Assembly: GCA_026770705.1 (NCBI GenBank)
Contig: JANJGN010000033.1
Coordinates: forward strand, 9,362,001-9,426,000
From: Isurus oxyrinchus
Lineage: Eukaryota
DNA length: 64,000 nt
Reading direction: 5' to 3'
Within the stretch, counting starts at the first letter, position 1, and each line of letters opens with the position of its first letter. This document shows, piece by piece, positions 12,347-24,391 of this stretch. Under the pieces are notes generated by a model that searched no databases, was not told the origin of the DNA, and saw nothing but the letters and a program-made list of their open reading frames with translations. Made by a program: the position numbers and the translations under genes.

Positions 12347-15300
12347 TGGGGAGCCACACCTCACTCTGTGTGCCTGGAGGAGGCGCCACTGATCACAGGC
12401 TGATGAGACAATGTGTATAACACACAACCCACGAGCAGTTAGTTCTGTTTTTCTCAACTTCCTTCCATTTCTGTCTCTGGGAAAATCTATCTGCCAAATC
12501 ATTTCCAATTTCCCTTTCAAAGTCCCAGCTGTCAAGCCTTTCGCCCTCTGCTGGCCGTGACATTTCTATAGACTCACACTTAAAAGCTCAGGACACGAGC
12601 TTCTCAAGAATTCTGACACTGTATCGCAACAGCCCTTATCAAAGTCACCAATGACATCCTGTGTGAGGGTGACTGAGGTAAACTTTCCCTCCTCCTCCTC
12701 CTCGGCCTGTCTGCAGCCTTTGACACGGTCGACCACACCATCCTCCTCCAACACCTCTCCACAGCCTGGATGGGGTGGGACTGGTCTCCCCTGGTTCCAG
12801 TCTCACCTCTCCAATCGCAGCCAGAGATTCACTTGCAATGTCTCCCGTTCCTGTCCTCACGCCGTGACCTCTGGTGTTCCCCAAGGATCTATCCTTGGCC
12901 CCTCCTATTCCTCATCTTCATTCTGCACCTTGGCAACATCATCTGAAAGACCAGCGTTAGTCTTCATGTGACCACTGATGACAGCCTGATCAACCCCGCC
13001 ACCAGCTAACTCGACCACCCCACTGTCTGTAAATTATCATGCTCACCCGATAAACAGGAATTTCATCCAGTTCAATATTGGGAAGTGTGAAACCACTGTT
13101 TTTGGTTCTGGTTACAATCTCCAGTCCCTAGCTACCAATCCCATCCCTCTCCCTGGAAACCGTCACATTGACCCAGAGATGAGCTTCCAATGACAAGTCA
13201 CTAAGACCACCTATTTTCACCTCCGTAACACCACCCAATTCCACCCCATATCAGCTCATCGGCTGCTGAGACCCTCACTGATGCCTCTTTACCTTGAGGC
13301 TTGAGTATTCCAAGTCATTCCTGGCTGGTCTCCCACATTGCACTGTCTGTAAATTTGAGGCTATATCCAATCTCTGCTGTCCTCAGTCACAGCACTGGTG
13401 AACCTTGGGTCTAACCAAAATAAATGTAAAAAGCTAAAGACCAGGATTGTTGCAAAACAGGGTTTTGACTCACGATCGCCTATTTTATTACTCTTGAAAA
13501 CTGTGGTAACAAAATCCCTATGTGTTATTAAGAAATTGCTAAAAGAAAGACCTTACAAATCTCTACTCCCTCCTTGGTTCACCCCAGAGAGGTAAAAGGG
13601 GCAGATGACATTTATGGTATATGTTGGGTTGGTGCCAGAGATGTTAGTAAGGTCAGGTTGTATTAGTTACACAGTTGAAATGTTTGGTAAATGTAGCGAT
13701 TTCTTTCAGGCCATTTCCCTCACATCAGTTGATTGCCCTGTGATTGGTTATCCTTAGAGAATCAGAATTAGGCCTCCAATTTCAACATTGCTACAGTCAC
13801 CTTGCAACTACATGTGGATGTAAAGAAAGACAGATAAAAGCTTCATTTATGTAGCAACTTTCACAATGTCTCAAGTTGCATTAGCGCCAATGAAGCATTT
13901 AAGTTGTGAAAGTCACTGGCATAAGGTAAGCAGAGCAGGCTCGAGGGGCCGAATGGCCCACTCCTGCTCCTAATACATTCATGTATGCATCATTCAGATG
14001 GATGAAATGAGCTGTGCTAGATGGCTTCTGTTATCCGTAATCATGTTGTGAACAGAGGGTGGAAACATGGCTGGAGTTCTGTTGATTTAGTTGCAAATGG
14101 AGGTTTACTGAGTAGGCTGTGTGGGGTGAGATTGCCAGGACAGGAGTGTGTAATGGTCTCAGAGTGAATCAGTAACCTGTTTCACTGCACATGATTCTCA
14201 AGAGGCTTTTCCATTGATTTAATTTTGTCCATTTGTCTAATTACCCAGTAGCCCACAGTATCTTGGTGCTGTCATGAGTTTTTTGAGCTGTTGAAATATG
14301 TGATAAAGTTGTGTTACATAGTAAATATTGAAACTTTATTGAAGAGAGAAGCAGCAAACAGCAGTGTCTTCAGACTTGCTGATCAAGAAAGCACAGGGAC
14401 AATTGTGAACCAGTTACTCTTTGCCCTGAGGCCCCATAAATGTTGTGCTGCACAGAGACACCAGAGGGCTCCAATTCTTCTCACTGACCCAAGTTGTTCA
14501 ATCATCCCACATATGCTGCTCAGGGCTCGTTTGATTTTTCTACCGTGTGAGATACCTTTTAAAATAGAATCCAATTACATCCCTTCTATGAAATAATTAT
14601 ATTGAATAAAATCTATTTTATGCATCTCTGGGATGTGAGCTTCACTGGCTGCGCCAACATTTATTGCCCATCCCTAGTTGCCCTTGAGAAGGTGGTGATG
14701 AGCTGCCTTCTTGAGCTGCCGCAGTACATTGTGTAGATGCACCCGCCGGGCTGTTCAGGAGGGAGTTCCGGGATTTTGACCCAGCGACAGTGAAGGAACG
14801 GTGATATATTTCCAAGTCAGGATGGAGAGTGGACTTGGAGGGGAGCTCCCAGGTGGTGATGTTCCCCATTTGTCTGCTGACCTTGACCTTCTAGATGGTA
14901 GTGCTCGTGGGTTTGGAAGGTGCTGTCGAAGGAGCCACTGGGATATTTTCCTGTCAAATTAATAAAATTGCATGATGCTGTTGAAGTAAAATTTGTACAC
15001 TCTGCTTAATAGTCATGGTGGGATCACCTATACGATGTACTCAAACTAACACAGCGTTATATTGCTGCTACTCTCAATATTAAGTAGCCTTGCTGCATAG
15101 ATATCGAGCGGCATTTTTAACCCGATGCCAACAATGGGCTTTATCATTTTGCTAGCACCTTCCTGTCATTGTTTGGTGACTTGGTCGGTGAATCTCGGAA
15201 GGGGGATAAAATATCAGGAATAGTGGGAGGGGAGGGTTAAAGAGGTGGCAGGGTGTTGTGGGTGAGGTGGGTGGAATGAAAATGCAAACACTCTGGGAAA

Positions 15301-17661
15301 CAGGTTCGAATCCCATCTGGGCAGGTGGTGGAATTCGAATGCAATTAATTAATGAAGTCTGGAATCTAAATCTAGTCTCGGGAATGGTGACCATGAATTT
15401 GTCATCAATTATTGTAAAAACCCCTCTGGGTCACTAATGCCCCTAAGGGAAGGAAATCTGCCATCCTTACCGGGTCTGGCCTTCCTGTGACTCCAGACCC
15501 ACAATAAGCAGTTGAATTTTAACTGCCCTATGCATTGGCTGAGCAAGCCCCTCCTTTGAAGGGGCAATTAGGGATGGGCAACAAATGCTGACCTTCCCAG
15601 TGAAGACCACATCCTGTGAAAGAGTGAAAAATAAACAAATAAGGGGCCTGCAAACAAGAGAAGAGCCGTGGCCCGTGACTTTTCTCTCTGGCTCTGGGTT
15701 CATGGCAGAGCTGACACTCCACAGAATTTAAATTACCACAAAAAAAAATTTAGCAGCAAACAGAGACTATTTCACCACAGAAATGTACAGCATTAGAGAG
15801 TTTATTTACTCAGCGAACAGGGTCTGTTATTTATATGCTTTTACAGCATGTGGGCATCGCTGGCTAGGCCAGCATTTATTGCCCATCACTAATTGCCCCT
15901 TGAGAAGGTGCTGGTGAGATGCTTTCTTGTGACGCTGAACCCTATGGGGTGTAGGTACACCCACACTGCTGTTAGGGACGGAGCTCCAGGATTTTGACCC
16001 AGTTGGTTTCAATTCTGCACTAAAGCAAGTCTTCACCAGCGTCTGCTTCAAAAGGAGGTTATAATTAGTTCAGAAAAGTGTGGTCTGCTAACGATGTGGC
16101 TCCTTCATATGATAATGAGTGATCCGGCAAAATTGCAGGGCCCAGCACATCAGGACATATGGCCCTCAGTCACAGATTCTGACTGGTGATTTCAGTTTGA
16201 TCCATTCGTCTCTCGTTTGGTCTGTTCCCAGAACCTTCGATCGGGAGAATCTGAAATTGATAACACAGGTTTATAGCAGCGAAACTCCCATGTGAAAGGA
16301 CTGAGGCAACAACCAGGAATTCCAATAGACCAGAAGGAGGGACACTCAATGCTTGCAACTTTCACTCATGAGATGTTAGCATCACTGGCTCGGCCAATCT
16401 TTATTGCCCATCCCTAATTGCCCTTGAGAAGGTGGTGGCGAAGCTCCTTCCTGAACTGCTGCAGTCCGTGTGGTGTAGGTACACCTACAGTGCTGTTAGG
16501 GAGGGAATACCAGGATTTTAACCCAGAGAGAGTGAAAGAATGGTGATATATTTCCAAGGCAGGATGGTGAGTGACTTGGAAGGGAACAGGCAATTGGTGG
16601 TGTTCCCATGCATCTGCTGCTCTTGTCTATTTTGGTGGTTGAGGTTTCCTGTTTCAAACTTCAGTTAAAGGGACCTTGGGGAGTTGCTGCAGTGCATCTT
16701 GTAGATGGTACACACTGATGTCTCTGTGTGTCAGTGGTGGAGGCATTCAATGTTTTTGGATATGGTGCCAATCAAGCAGGGCTGCTTTGTACTGGAGGCT
16801 GTGGAGCTTCTTGAGTGTTGTGGGAGATGAGCTCATCCAGGCAAGTGGAGAGTATTCCATCAGACTCCTGACTTGTAGATGGTGTGCTGCCTTCGAGGAG
16901 TCAGAAGGTGAGTTACTTGCTGCAGAATTCCTATCCTGCTCTTGTAGCCACAGTGTTTATATGGCAGGGTCAGTTTAATTCTCATCAATAATAACACCCA
17001 GGAAGTTGATAGTGGGGGACTCAGCAATGGAAACATCATTAAATGTCAAGGGGGTGCTGGTTAGACTCTATCTTATTTGAGATGGTCATTGCCTGGCACT
17101 GGTGTGGCACGAATGTTACTTGCCACACACCAGCCCAAGCCTGAATGGTCTCCATGTCTTGCACCATGAAGGTGTCATCAGCATCTGTACCTGAGGAGTT
17201 GTGAATGGTGCTGACCATTGTGCAGTCACCAGTGACCATCCCCACCTCTGACTTCTGGATGGAAGGAAGGTCATTGAAGAAGCAGCTGAAGATGTTTGGC
17301 CCTCGGGCACATCCCTGTGGAATGCCTGCATCGAGGACCTGGGATTGGGAACCACCACCACCTTCCTTTCTGCTCGATGTGACTCTATCCAGTGGAGAGA
17401 TTCCCCAGTGCTCCTTGATGTCACACTCGGTCAAATGTTACCCTCATCTCAAGAGCAGTCACTCTCACCTCAGCTCTGGAATTCAGCTCTGTTATCCAGG
17501 TTTGGAGCAAGGCTGGAATGAGGACAGGAACTCAGTTATACAGAGACTCTGACTGTCCACTGGGGTGGGCTCCAGATTGATTGAGAGGCCATGTCTCATT
17601 ATCTTTAAAACAAACATTATGTTTATCTACATCACAGGAAATATTGATGATATCACAGAAC

Positions 17662-17843
17662 TCAGATTACCGTAACTTCTCTGCTCTTCATCAGATAAAT
17701 TCCGACCAGCCAGACAATCGCCAGCATTCCCAGAGCGAGAACGGACCGGATGATCAGGATTACACCCTGGCCCGGTTTGTCTTCATCTTCCCCAGTGAGC
17801 TCTGATGTTGCTGCAGTCACTGAGGGGTTAACAGGTCCCTGTC
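17662..17843 (-). CDS. Gene A exon 3: stalk, transmembrane helix with Arg, short tail and stop
   Basis: Acceptor ttcctgtatttcacag, 182 nt, in frame with the V exon: GQGPVNPSVTAATSELTGEDEDKPGQ-GVILIIRSVLALGMLAIVWLVGIYLM-KSREVTVI*. The joined CDS is 591 nt (196 aa). A further splice at ACG|gtaatc cannot be excluded. Confidence 0.85.
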
Positions 17844-17937
17844 CTGTGAAATACAGGAAGGGAAAGCAATGATGTGGAAAGAGGAACACAGACACAAACC
17901 AGGAACAGACTGTGATGGGAAACAGGTGAAATAGTCC

Positions 17938-20678
17938 CAGTGTCAGAAAACCTGGGAAACAGGAGTGACAGTGTTGGAGAATCTGGGGGAGACAGGAGTG
18001 TCAGTGTGGGAGACCCTGGGGGAGACAGGAGTGTCAGTGTGGGAGAACCTGGGGGAGACAGGAGTGTCAGTGTGGGAGACCCTGTGGGGGACAGGATTGT
18101 CAGTGTGGGAGACCCTGGGGGAGACAGGAGTGTCAGTGAGGGAGACCCTGGGGGAGACAGGACTGTCAGTGTGGGAGACTCTGGGGTAGACAGGAGTGTC
18201 AGTGTGGGAGACCCTGGGGGAGCCAGGAGTGTCAGTGTGGGAGACTTTGGGGGAGACAGGAGAGTCAGTGTGGGAGACCCTGGGGACACAGGAGTGTCAG
18301 TGTGGGAGACCCTGGGGGAGACAGGTGTGTCAGTGTGGAAGACTCTTGGGAAGACACGAGTGTCAGTTTGGGAGACCCTGGGGGAGACAGGAGTGTCAGT
18401 ATGGGAGACACTGGGGAGTCAGGAGTGTCAGTGTGGGAGACCATGGGGGAGACAGGAGTGTCAGTGTGGGAGACCCTGGGGGAGACAGGAGTGTCAGTGT
18501 GGGAGGCCCTGGGGAGACAGGAGTGTCAGTGTGGGAGGCCCTGGGGAGACAGGAGTGTCAGTGTGGGAGACCCTGGGGGACACAGGAGTGTCAGTGTGGG
18601 AGACCCTGGGGCAGACAGGAGTGTCAGTGTGGGAGACCCTGGGGGAGACACGAGTGTCAGTGTGGGAGGCCCTGGGGAGACAGGAGTGTCAGTGTGGGAG
18701 ACCCTGGGGGAGACAGGAGTGTCAGTGTGGGAGACCCTGGGGAGTCAGGAGTGTCAGTGTGGGAGACTTTGGGGGAGACAGGAGTGTCAGTGTGGGAGAC
18801 TTTGGGGGAGACAGGAGTGTCAGTGTGGGAGACCCTGGGGAGTCAGGAGTGTCAGTGTGGGAGACTTTGGGGGAGACAGGAGTGTCAGTGTGGGAGACCC
18901 TGGGGGAGACAGGAGTGTCAGTGTGGGAGGCCCTGGGGAGACAGGAGTGTCAGTGTGGGAGACCCTGGGGGACACAGGAGAGTCAGTGTGGGAGACCCTG
19001 GGGGAGACAGGAGTGTCAGTGTGGAAGACTCTTGGGGAGACACGAGTGTCAGTGTGGGAGACCCTGGGGGAGACACGAGTGTCAGTGTGGGAGACCCTGG
19101 GGGAGACAGGAGTGTCTGTGTGGGAGACCCTGGGGGAGACAGGAGTGTCAGTGTGGGAGACCCTGGGGGAGACAGGAGTGTCAGTGTGGGAGGCCCTGGG
19201 GAGACAGGAGTGTCAGTGTGGGAGACCCTGGGGCAGACAGGAGTGTCAGTGTGGGAGACCCTGGGGGAGACACGAGTGTCAGTGTGGGAGGCCCTGGGGA
19301 GACAGGAGTGTCAGTGTGGGAGACCCTGGGGGAGACAGGAGTGTCAGTGTGGGAGACCCTGGGGAGTCAGGAGTGTCAGTGTGGGAGACTTTGGGGGAGA
19401 CAGGAGTGTCAGTGTGGGAGACTTTGGGGGAGACAGGAGTGTCAGTGTGGGAGACCCTGGGGGAGACAGGAGTGTCAGTGTGGGAGGCCCTGGGGAGACA
19501 GGAGTGTCAGTGTGGGAGACCCTGGGGGACACAGGAGAGTCAGTGTGGGAGACCCTGGGGGAGACAGGAGTGTCAGTGTGGAAGACTCTTGGGGAGACAC
19601 GAGTGTCAGTGTGGGAGACCCTGGGGGAGACACGAGTGTCAGTGTGGGAGACCCTGGGGGAGACAGGAGTGTCTGTGTGGGAGACCCTGGGGGAGACAGG
19701 AGTGTCAGTGTGGGAGACCATGGGGAAACAGGAGTGTCAGTGTGGGAGACCCTGGGGGAGACAGGAGTGTCAGTGTGGGAGGCCCTGGGGAGACAGGAGT
19801 GTCAGTGTGGGAGACCCTGGGGGAGACAGGAGTGTCAGTGTGGGAGACCCTGGGGGAGACAGGAGTGTCAGTGTGGAAGACTCTTGGGGAGACACGAGTG
19901 TCAGTGTGGGAGACCCTGGGGGAAACAGGAGTGTCAGTGTGGGAGACCCTGGGGGAGACAGGAGTGTCTGTGTGGGAGACCCTGGGGGAGACAGGAGTGT
20001 CAGTGTGGGAGACCATGGGGAGACAGGAGTGTCAGTGTGGGAGACTTTGGGGGAGACAGGAGTGTCAGTGTGGGAGACCCTGGGGGAGACAGGAGTGTCA
20101 GTGTGGGAGACCCTGGGGGAGACAGGAGTGTCAGTGTGGGAGACCCTGGGGGAGACACGAGTGTCAGTGTGGAAGGCCCTGGGGAGACAGGAGTGTCAGT
20201 GTGGGAGACCCTGGGGGAGACAGGAGTATCAGTGTGGGAGACCCTGGGGGAGACAGGAGTGTCAGTGTGGGAGACCCTGGGGGAGACAGGAGTGTCAGTG
20301 TGGGAGCCCCTGGGGGAGACAGGAGTGTCAGTGTGGGAGACCCTGGGGGAGACAGGAGAGTCAGTGTGGGAGACCCTGGGGGAGACAGGAGTGTCAGTGT
20401 GGGAGACCCTGGGGGAGACAGGAGTGTCAGTGTGGGAGACCCTGGGGGAGACAGGAGTGTCAGTGTGTGAGACCCTGGGGGAGACAGGAATGTCAGTCTG
20501 GGAGACCCTGGGGGAGACAGGAGTGTCAGTCTGGGAGACCCTGGGGAGACAGGAGTGTCAGTGTGGGAGACCCTGGGGGAGACAGGAGTGTCAGTGTGGG
20601 AGACCCTGGGGGAGACAGGAGTGTCAGTGTGGGAGACCCTGGGGGAGACAGGAGTGTCAGTGTGGGAGACCATGGGGA
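17938..20678. repeat. 33-bp minisatellite, about 83 units, filling intron 2 of gene A
   Basis: Same unit; shares runs of rare variant units with 8288-10990. Confidence 0.97.
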
Positions 20679-20892
20679 GGGAGGGGAAAGGCTGGAATTG
20701 GAGGAGAGCAGGTAATTTGGAGAGTTGTGGGTTTGGAGGAGATCACTCAGACAGGGTTAAAGGGATGCGAGGAAATTTAAAAAAAGGACATTTGAAAATG
20801 AGTCAAACCTGAATCACAAACTGAGAAGTAAATAAAACGAGTTTATCCAATTGTTGTGAGAGAGAAAGTCAAAGATCCAAATGAGTGTTTAC

Positions 20893-21258
20893 CTCGTACA
20901 ATGAGGAGTGTCCCACTGATGCTTTGCCAGATCTCTCTGTTATCTCCTGTTGTCTCCACACGACAGTAATACCTGTTGTGGTCACTGAGTTTCAAGTGGT
21001 TTATCCGGATGGTTCCGTCGTTCCGAAATGGATTTCCCAGGAAATCAATCCGGCCGTGGTAATGGTAGTGAGTGTAATTCTCTGAGACGCTGAATATAAA
21101 TTCTCCGTCAAACTGATATCTTCTCCAGTAAATGTTAATCTTTCTGGGTTTGTGTGTTTCTGGGTAAGTGAATGAACAGGGGATATCGATCGATTTCCCT
21201 ATCAGCCCGTCCAGGAGCTCAGGCTGGGACACAGTGTAACCATCTCCATTTATCATCA
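20893..21258 (-). CDS. Gene A exon 2: Ig V-set domain, PILR/Siglec-V-like
   Basis: Acceptor tctctcccccag, donor G|gtaaac, 366 nt, phase 1-1. Motifs are YTVSQP, SIDIPCSFTYP (B-strand Cys), IYWRR (C-strand Trp), GTIRINHL, SD-xxx-YYCRVE (F-strand Cys and Arg) and WQSISGTLLIV. These match the PILR pattern as I recall it (ISWRR…YFCRVE…WQSIEGTKL). Confidence 0.92.
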
Positions 21259-21378
21259 CTGGGGGAGAGAGAAACAGTAAGTGGTTATTTCGGAATTGCC
21301 AATAAATCTCACCCAATAGAAACCCAGTCCCGGAATGCTCTCAGGAACAGGGAAACTCCGAATCCGAAAGTGCAGCCG

Positions 21379-21477
21379 GTAAATCTGTAAATCTGTTATT
21401 CTATATATAAACCACACGAACCCTGAGATTAGATTCCAGTCTGTAACTCTGTAAATCTATTATTCTATATATAAATT
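21379..21477. repeat. 64-bp minisatellite remnant (about 1.5 units) upstream of V exon A
   Basis: Same unit, truncated at the junction with the Harbinger remnant. Confidence 0.9.
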
Positions 21478-24391
21478 CCATCACCCCGAGCCTCCAGTCA
21501 AGTCCTGAGGAAACCTCAGAAGTGGAATCTGGAGGCAGCCCCTCTGAACTCCCATCACAGCGCTCCCGCACACCCTCTTCCAGCGCAGAGACACTCACCT
21601 CAGTAAGACCGAGATTTAGAGTTGCCTCAGAGTCACAAGCAGCTGAACACATCTCACTTTCTGATCCACAGCAGGTGGAGGCAGGGTCTTCCCAGGTCCC
21701 CGGCACTCACAGGACTGCTGGAGGCCAGAACGTTGCTGCGTCCGAGTCAGATGATGAGCCTCTGGTCTCAGTCATTGCACTGTCGCTGGAGCTGCACAGA
21801 CAAGCTGGGGAACATCAGGAAGGGATGTCTGCTGCACTCCTCAGATTGCAAGGCACGATGGAGGAGTCTCCGTCTTCAGTCTGAGGTGATAGCGCCGGCA
21901 TTGCCAACGCACCGAGGTCAACACTGGCAGGGTGGCAGCCACCATGGAGACCTTGGTCCAGGACATCACTCCTGACCTGCTGCGCGGGCTGAACTCCATC
22001 ACTGATACCATTGTTGGCCTCCAAAAGTGTGTATGTGAGAGGGGTGCTGGGCAGCTCGGTCTCACTCCAACCACCCCTGCTCCACATGGAGTCAGACTGG
22101 GGCCCTCGGGCACCCATAGGGAGGAGGATCAGCAGGTGTACACTCCGAGCCCACCCACCCAGGGGTCTCCGGGAGTGTCCGGCCCATCGACCGCCTATTC
22201 CTGTTACCTCCGTAGCTCCAGCTCCACAGGCCAAGGAGGGAGTCACTGCCACACAGCAGGACCTCGAAAGCAGGCCGGGGCCCTCCAAGTCTCAGCCCTC
22301 CAGAGGACTCCCGCCAGGGTCATCACAGACAGGGCTTCACAGTCAGCAGGCTGTCTCCACCTCCACTGTGGATGTCTGGGGAGCACCAAGACGTAGTGGC
22401 AGGATTAGGAAGGTTAAGGGGAATTAGTTACACAGCCTGGACACTGTTGATCACTTGTACATAATGTTCACTATTGTCAATAAACTCCCAAGAATGTCTC
22501 CCTGCCTGTGGCACCTTGTTCTGATGAGCAGTGTTCTTGTCACTCAGATGTGAAACCTTTCTGCACAAGATAAAGGCAGGTGTCTCAGTCCAGGGCCTCT
22601 TTCCTGTGTCTGTGCAGCCTTCAGACCACAGTGATGGTCCAGCCTCACACTCCCTGGAAACATTACTGATGCCTGCACCTCGGTGGTGCTGGTCATTGCT
22701 GCCAGAATGTAGTGAGCAGGGCCACAGAGTTCTCCCATTCTCTCAATGTGCTCTCAGTGTCTGTAAAGTGAGGCTGGCCCCATCTCTTCAGTATCTGTGA
22801 CCACTGATGCTGTTCCCCAGCTCCTGAAGGGCTCAGGTGCTGAAGGTGGACAAAGCATCAGATACTTCTAAAGTTTCATGGCTGTGTCTCTATGATATGA
22901 CCCTGATCATGGAACGCAAGCGAGCTGCCTTCGGCTAGACAGGAGTCAGACATTCTCAGAGACCATATGAAGATCTATGGAGTGTCCTCACTGCAGCATC
23001 ATCTCCCTGTGATTGAGCGACTATTAGGGCCTCCACTGCATCTTCATGACAGGAGCATTCTCACAAATGTCCGCGGCCACTGTACTGGACTGCGGAGCAG
23101 TTGGACTTCATCAACTGCAAGAGTATCCATTCGCTGAACGTGTAGCTGGTGTGGGACCAACAGAAACACAACCTGCGGAAATGCACATGCTTTCCAGGGA
23201 ATGAATGACTTCTACATCCTGAGTCGCTCACAAATCCCTGGATTTGTGCTGCCATAAGCCAGACTGGAGTCAAAGGTTCACAACTGGGATGTGAGGGTCT
23301 ACAGAGTCACTTCACTGCATCTGGTCATCATCCACCTCAAATCTAGCAGCTATGAGGGCCTCCTGAGTGTGCCATCCTCATCTGGCCTCATCCATGTCAT
23401 TGTCACCTCCATGGACATCCTCACCCTCAAGTTCCTCATCGGAGTAGACATGCATTTCCTCCAACTCCTCCTCAGCCAGCTCCTATCCCTATTGCAGTGC
23501 CAGGTTGTAAAGGGTGCAGCAGACGACGATGTGTGAGACTCTCTGTGGACTGTATTGCAGGGCTCCACCAGACCGGTCCAGGCACCGGAACCTCATCTCC
23601 AGCATCCCGATGGTTTGCTCCACCAAGTTGTGAGTTGCTGCATGAGCCTCATTATAGCGTCGCTCTGCTGCAGTCTGAGGCTGCTGCACGGGTGTCATCA
23701 GTCACTGTCTCTGTGGGTAACCCTTGTCCCTGAGGAGCCATCCCTGCAGCCTCTGTGGACCCTGGAAGACTCCAGGGATTTGTGAGCGACTCAGGATGTA
23801 GAAGTCGTTCATTCCCTGGAAAGCATGTGCATTCCTGCAGGATGTGTTTCTGTTGGTCCCACACCAGCTACACGTTCAGCGAGTGGAAACTCTTGCGGTT
23901 GATGAAATCCAACTGCTCCGCAGTCCAGTAAAGTGGCCGCGGACATGCAGCCTGTGCCAGGGTGCTGGGTGGGTAAGGTCTGGAGGGCTTGGTGGCACAT
24001 TGGTGCCTCCGCATTGCTTGTGTGGGCGGGCAGGCTAGGAGGCCGACCCGACCATCTCACTGTGGCTGTGCCTGACCTGTCCCGGTTGCAGAGGAAAGGT
24101 CAGTTTATACAGGTGCCCCTCCCGTGTGGACAACAGTTGACCCTGGGCGAGCTCTGCAGGATGTTGCTGCTCACTCACCTCCAGTTCGCCCCAGAGTGAA
24201 GGCCGCCAAGTGCACGTGGCCTGTGCGCTGTTGTGAAACACGTTGACGTGCTTTCCCGCCAACGTGGGTGGGTGATCCGGCGGGGGGGCGGGTGTGTGAG
24301 AACCTACCTTCCTACTGTCGTGAAGCTGATGGCGCCATATTGACCACACACACCACCCATCATGCCCGCTGCCCACCAGGAAACTCCACCC
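21478..24391 (-). mobile_element. Decayed PIF/Harbinger transposon, copy 1 (left end missing), in intron 1 of gene A
   Basis: Minus-strand HARBI1-type nuclease remnants (AERRYNEAHAATHNLVEQTIGMLEMRFRCLDRSGGALQYSP; FINRKSFHSLNV), broken by frameshifts. Probable TIR remnant ggaaactccaccc at 24379-24391. Confidence 0.85.

Larger units (their letters stand above)
10991..17940. repeat. Segmental duplication unit, copy 2
   Basis: Collinear and near-identical to 1109-8290. Confidence 0.95.

Noticed and set aside
17938-20678. RAG recombination signals or V(D)J-type rearrangement of the V exons
   Set aside because: The unit has CACACTG (one mismatch to the heptamer) but no nonamer. The V exons already encode their G strand and end in splice donors, with no flanking RSS.
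8261-20780. 700-950 aa plus-strand ORFs (GDRSVSVGDPG / ETGVSVWETLG / RQECQCGRPWG)
   Set aside because: They are translations of the 33-bp minisatellite, which lacks stops in all three plus frames; the motifs swap frames at every 32-bp unit.
20843-21316. Ig/TCR/IgNAR V gene, or a single-exon gene as the ORF track implies
   Set aside because: There is no J-type (F/W)GxG motif and no C-domain exon. The ORF's N- and C-terminal extensions are intron read-through beyond clear splice sites.
23350-24060. Domesticated HARBI1 host gene
   Set aside because: Multiple frameshifts and stops, two degenerate copies, and linkage to a Myb-like partner indicate a dead transposon.
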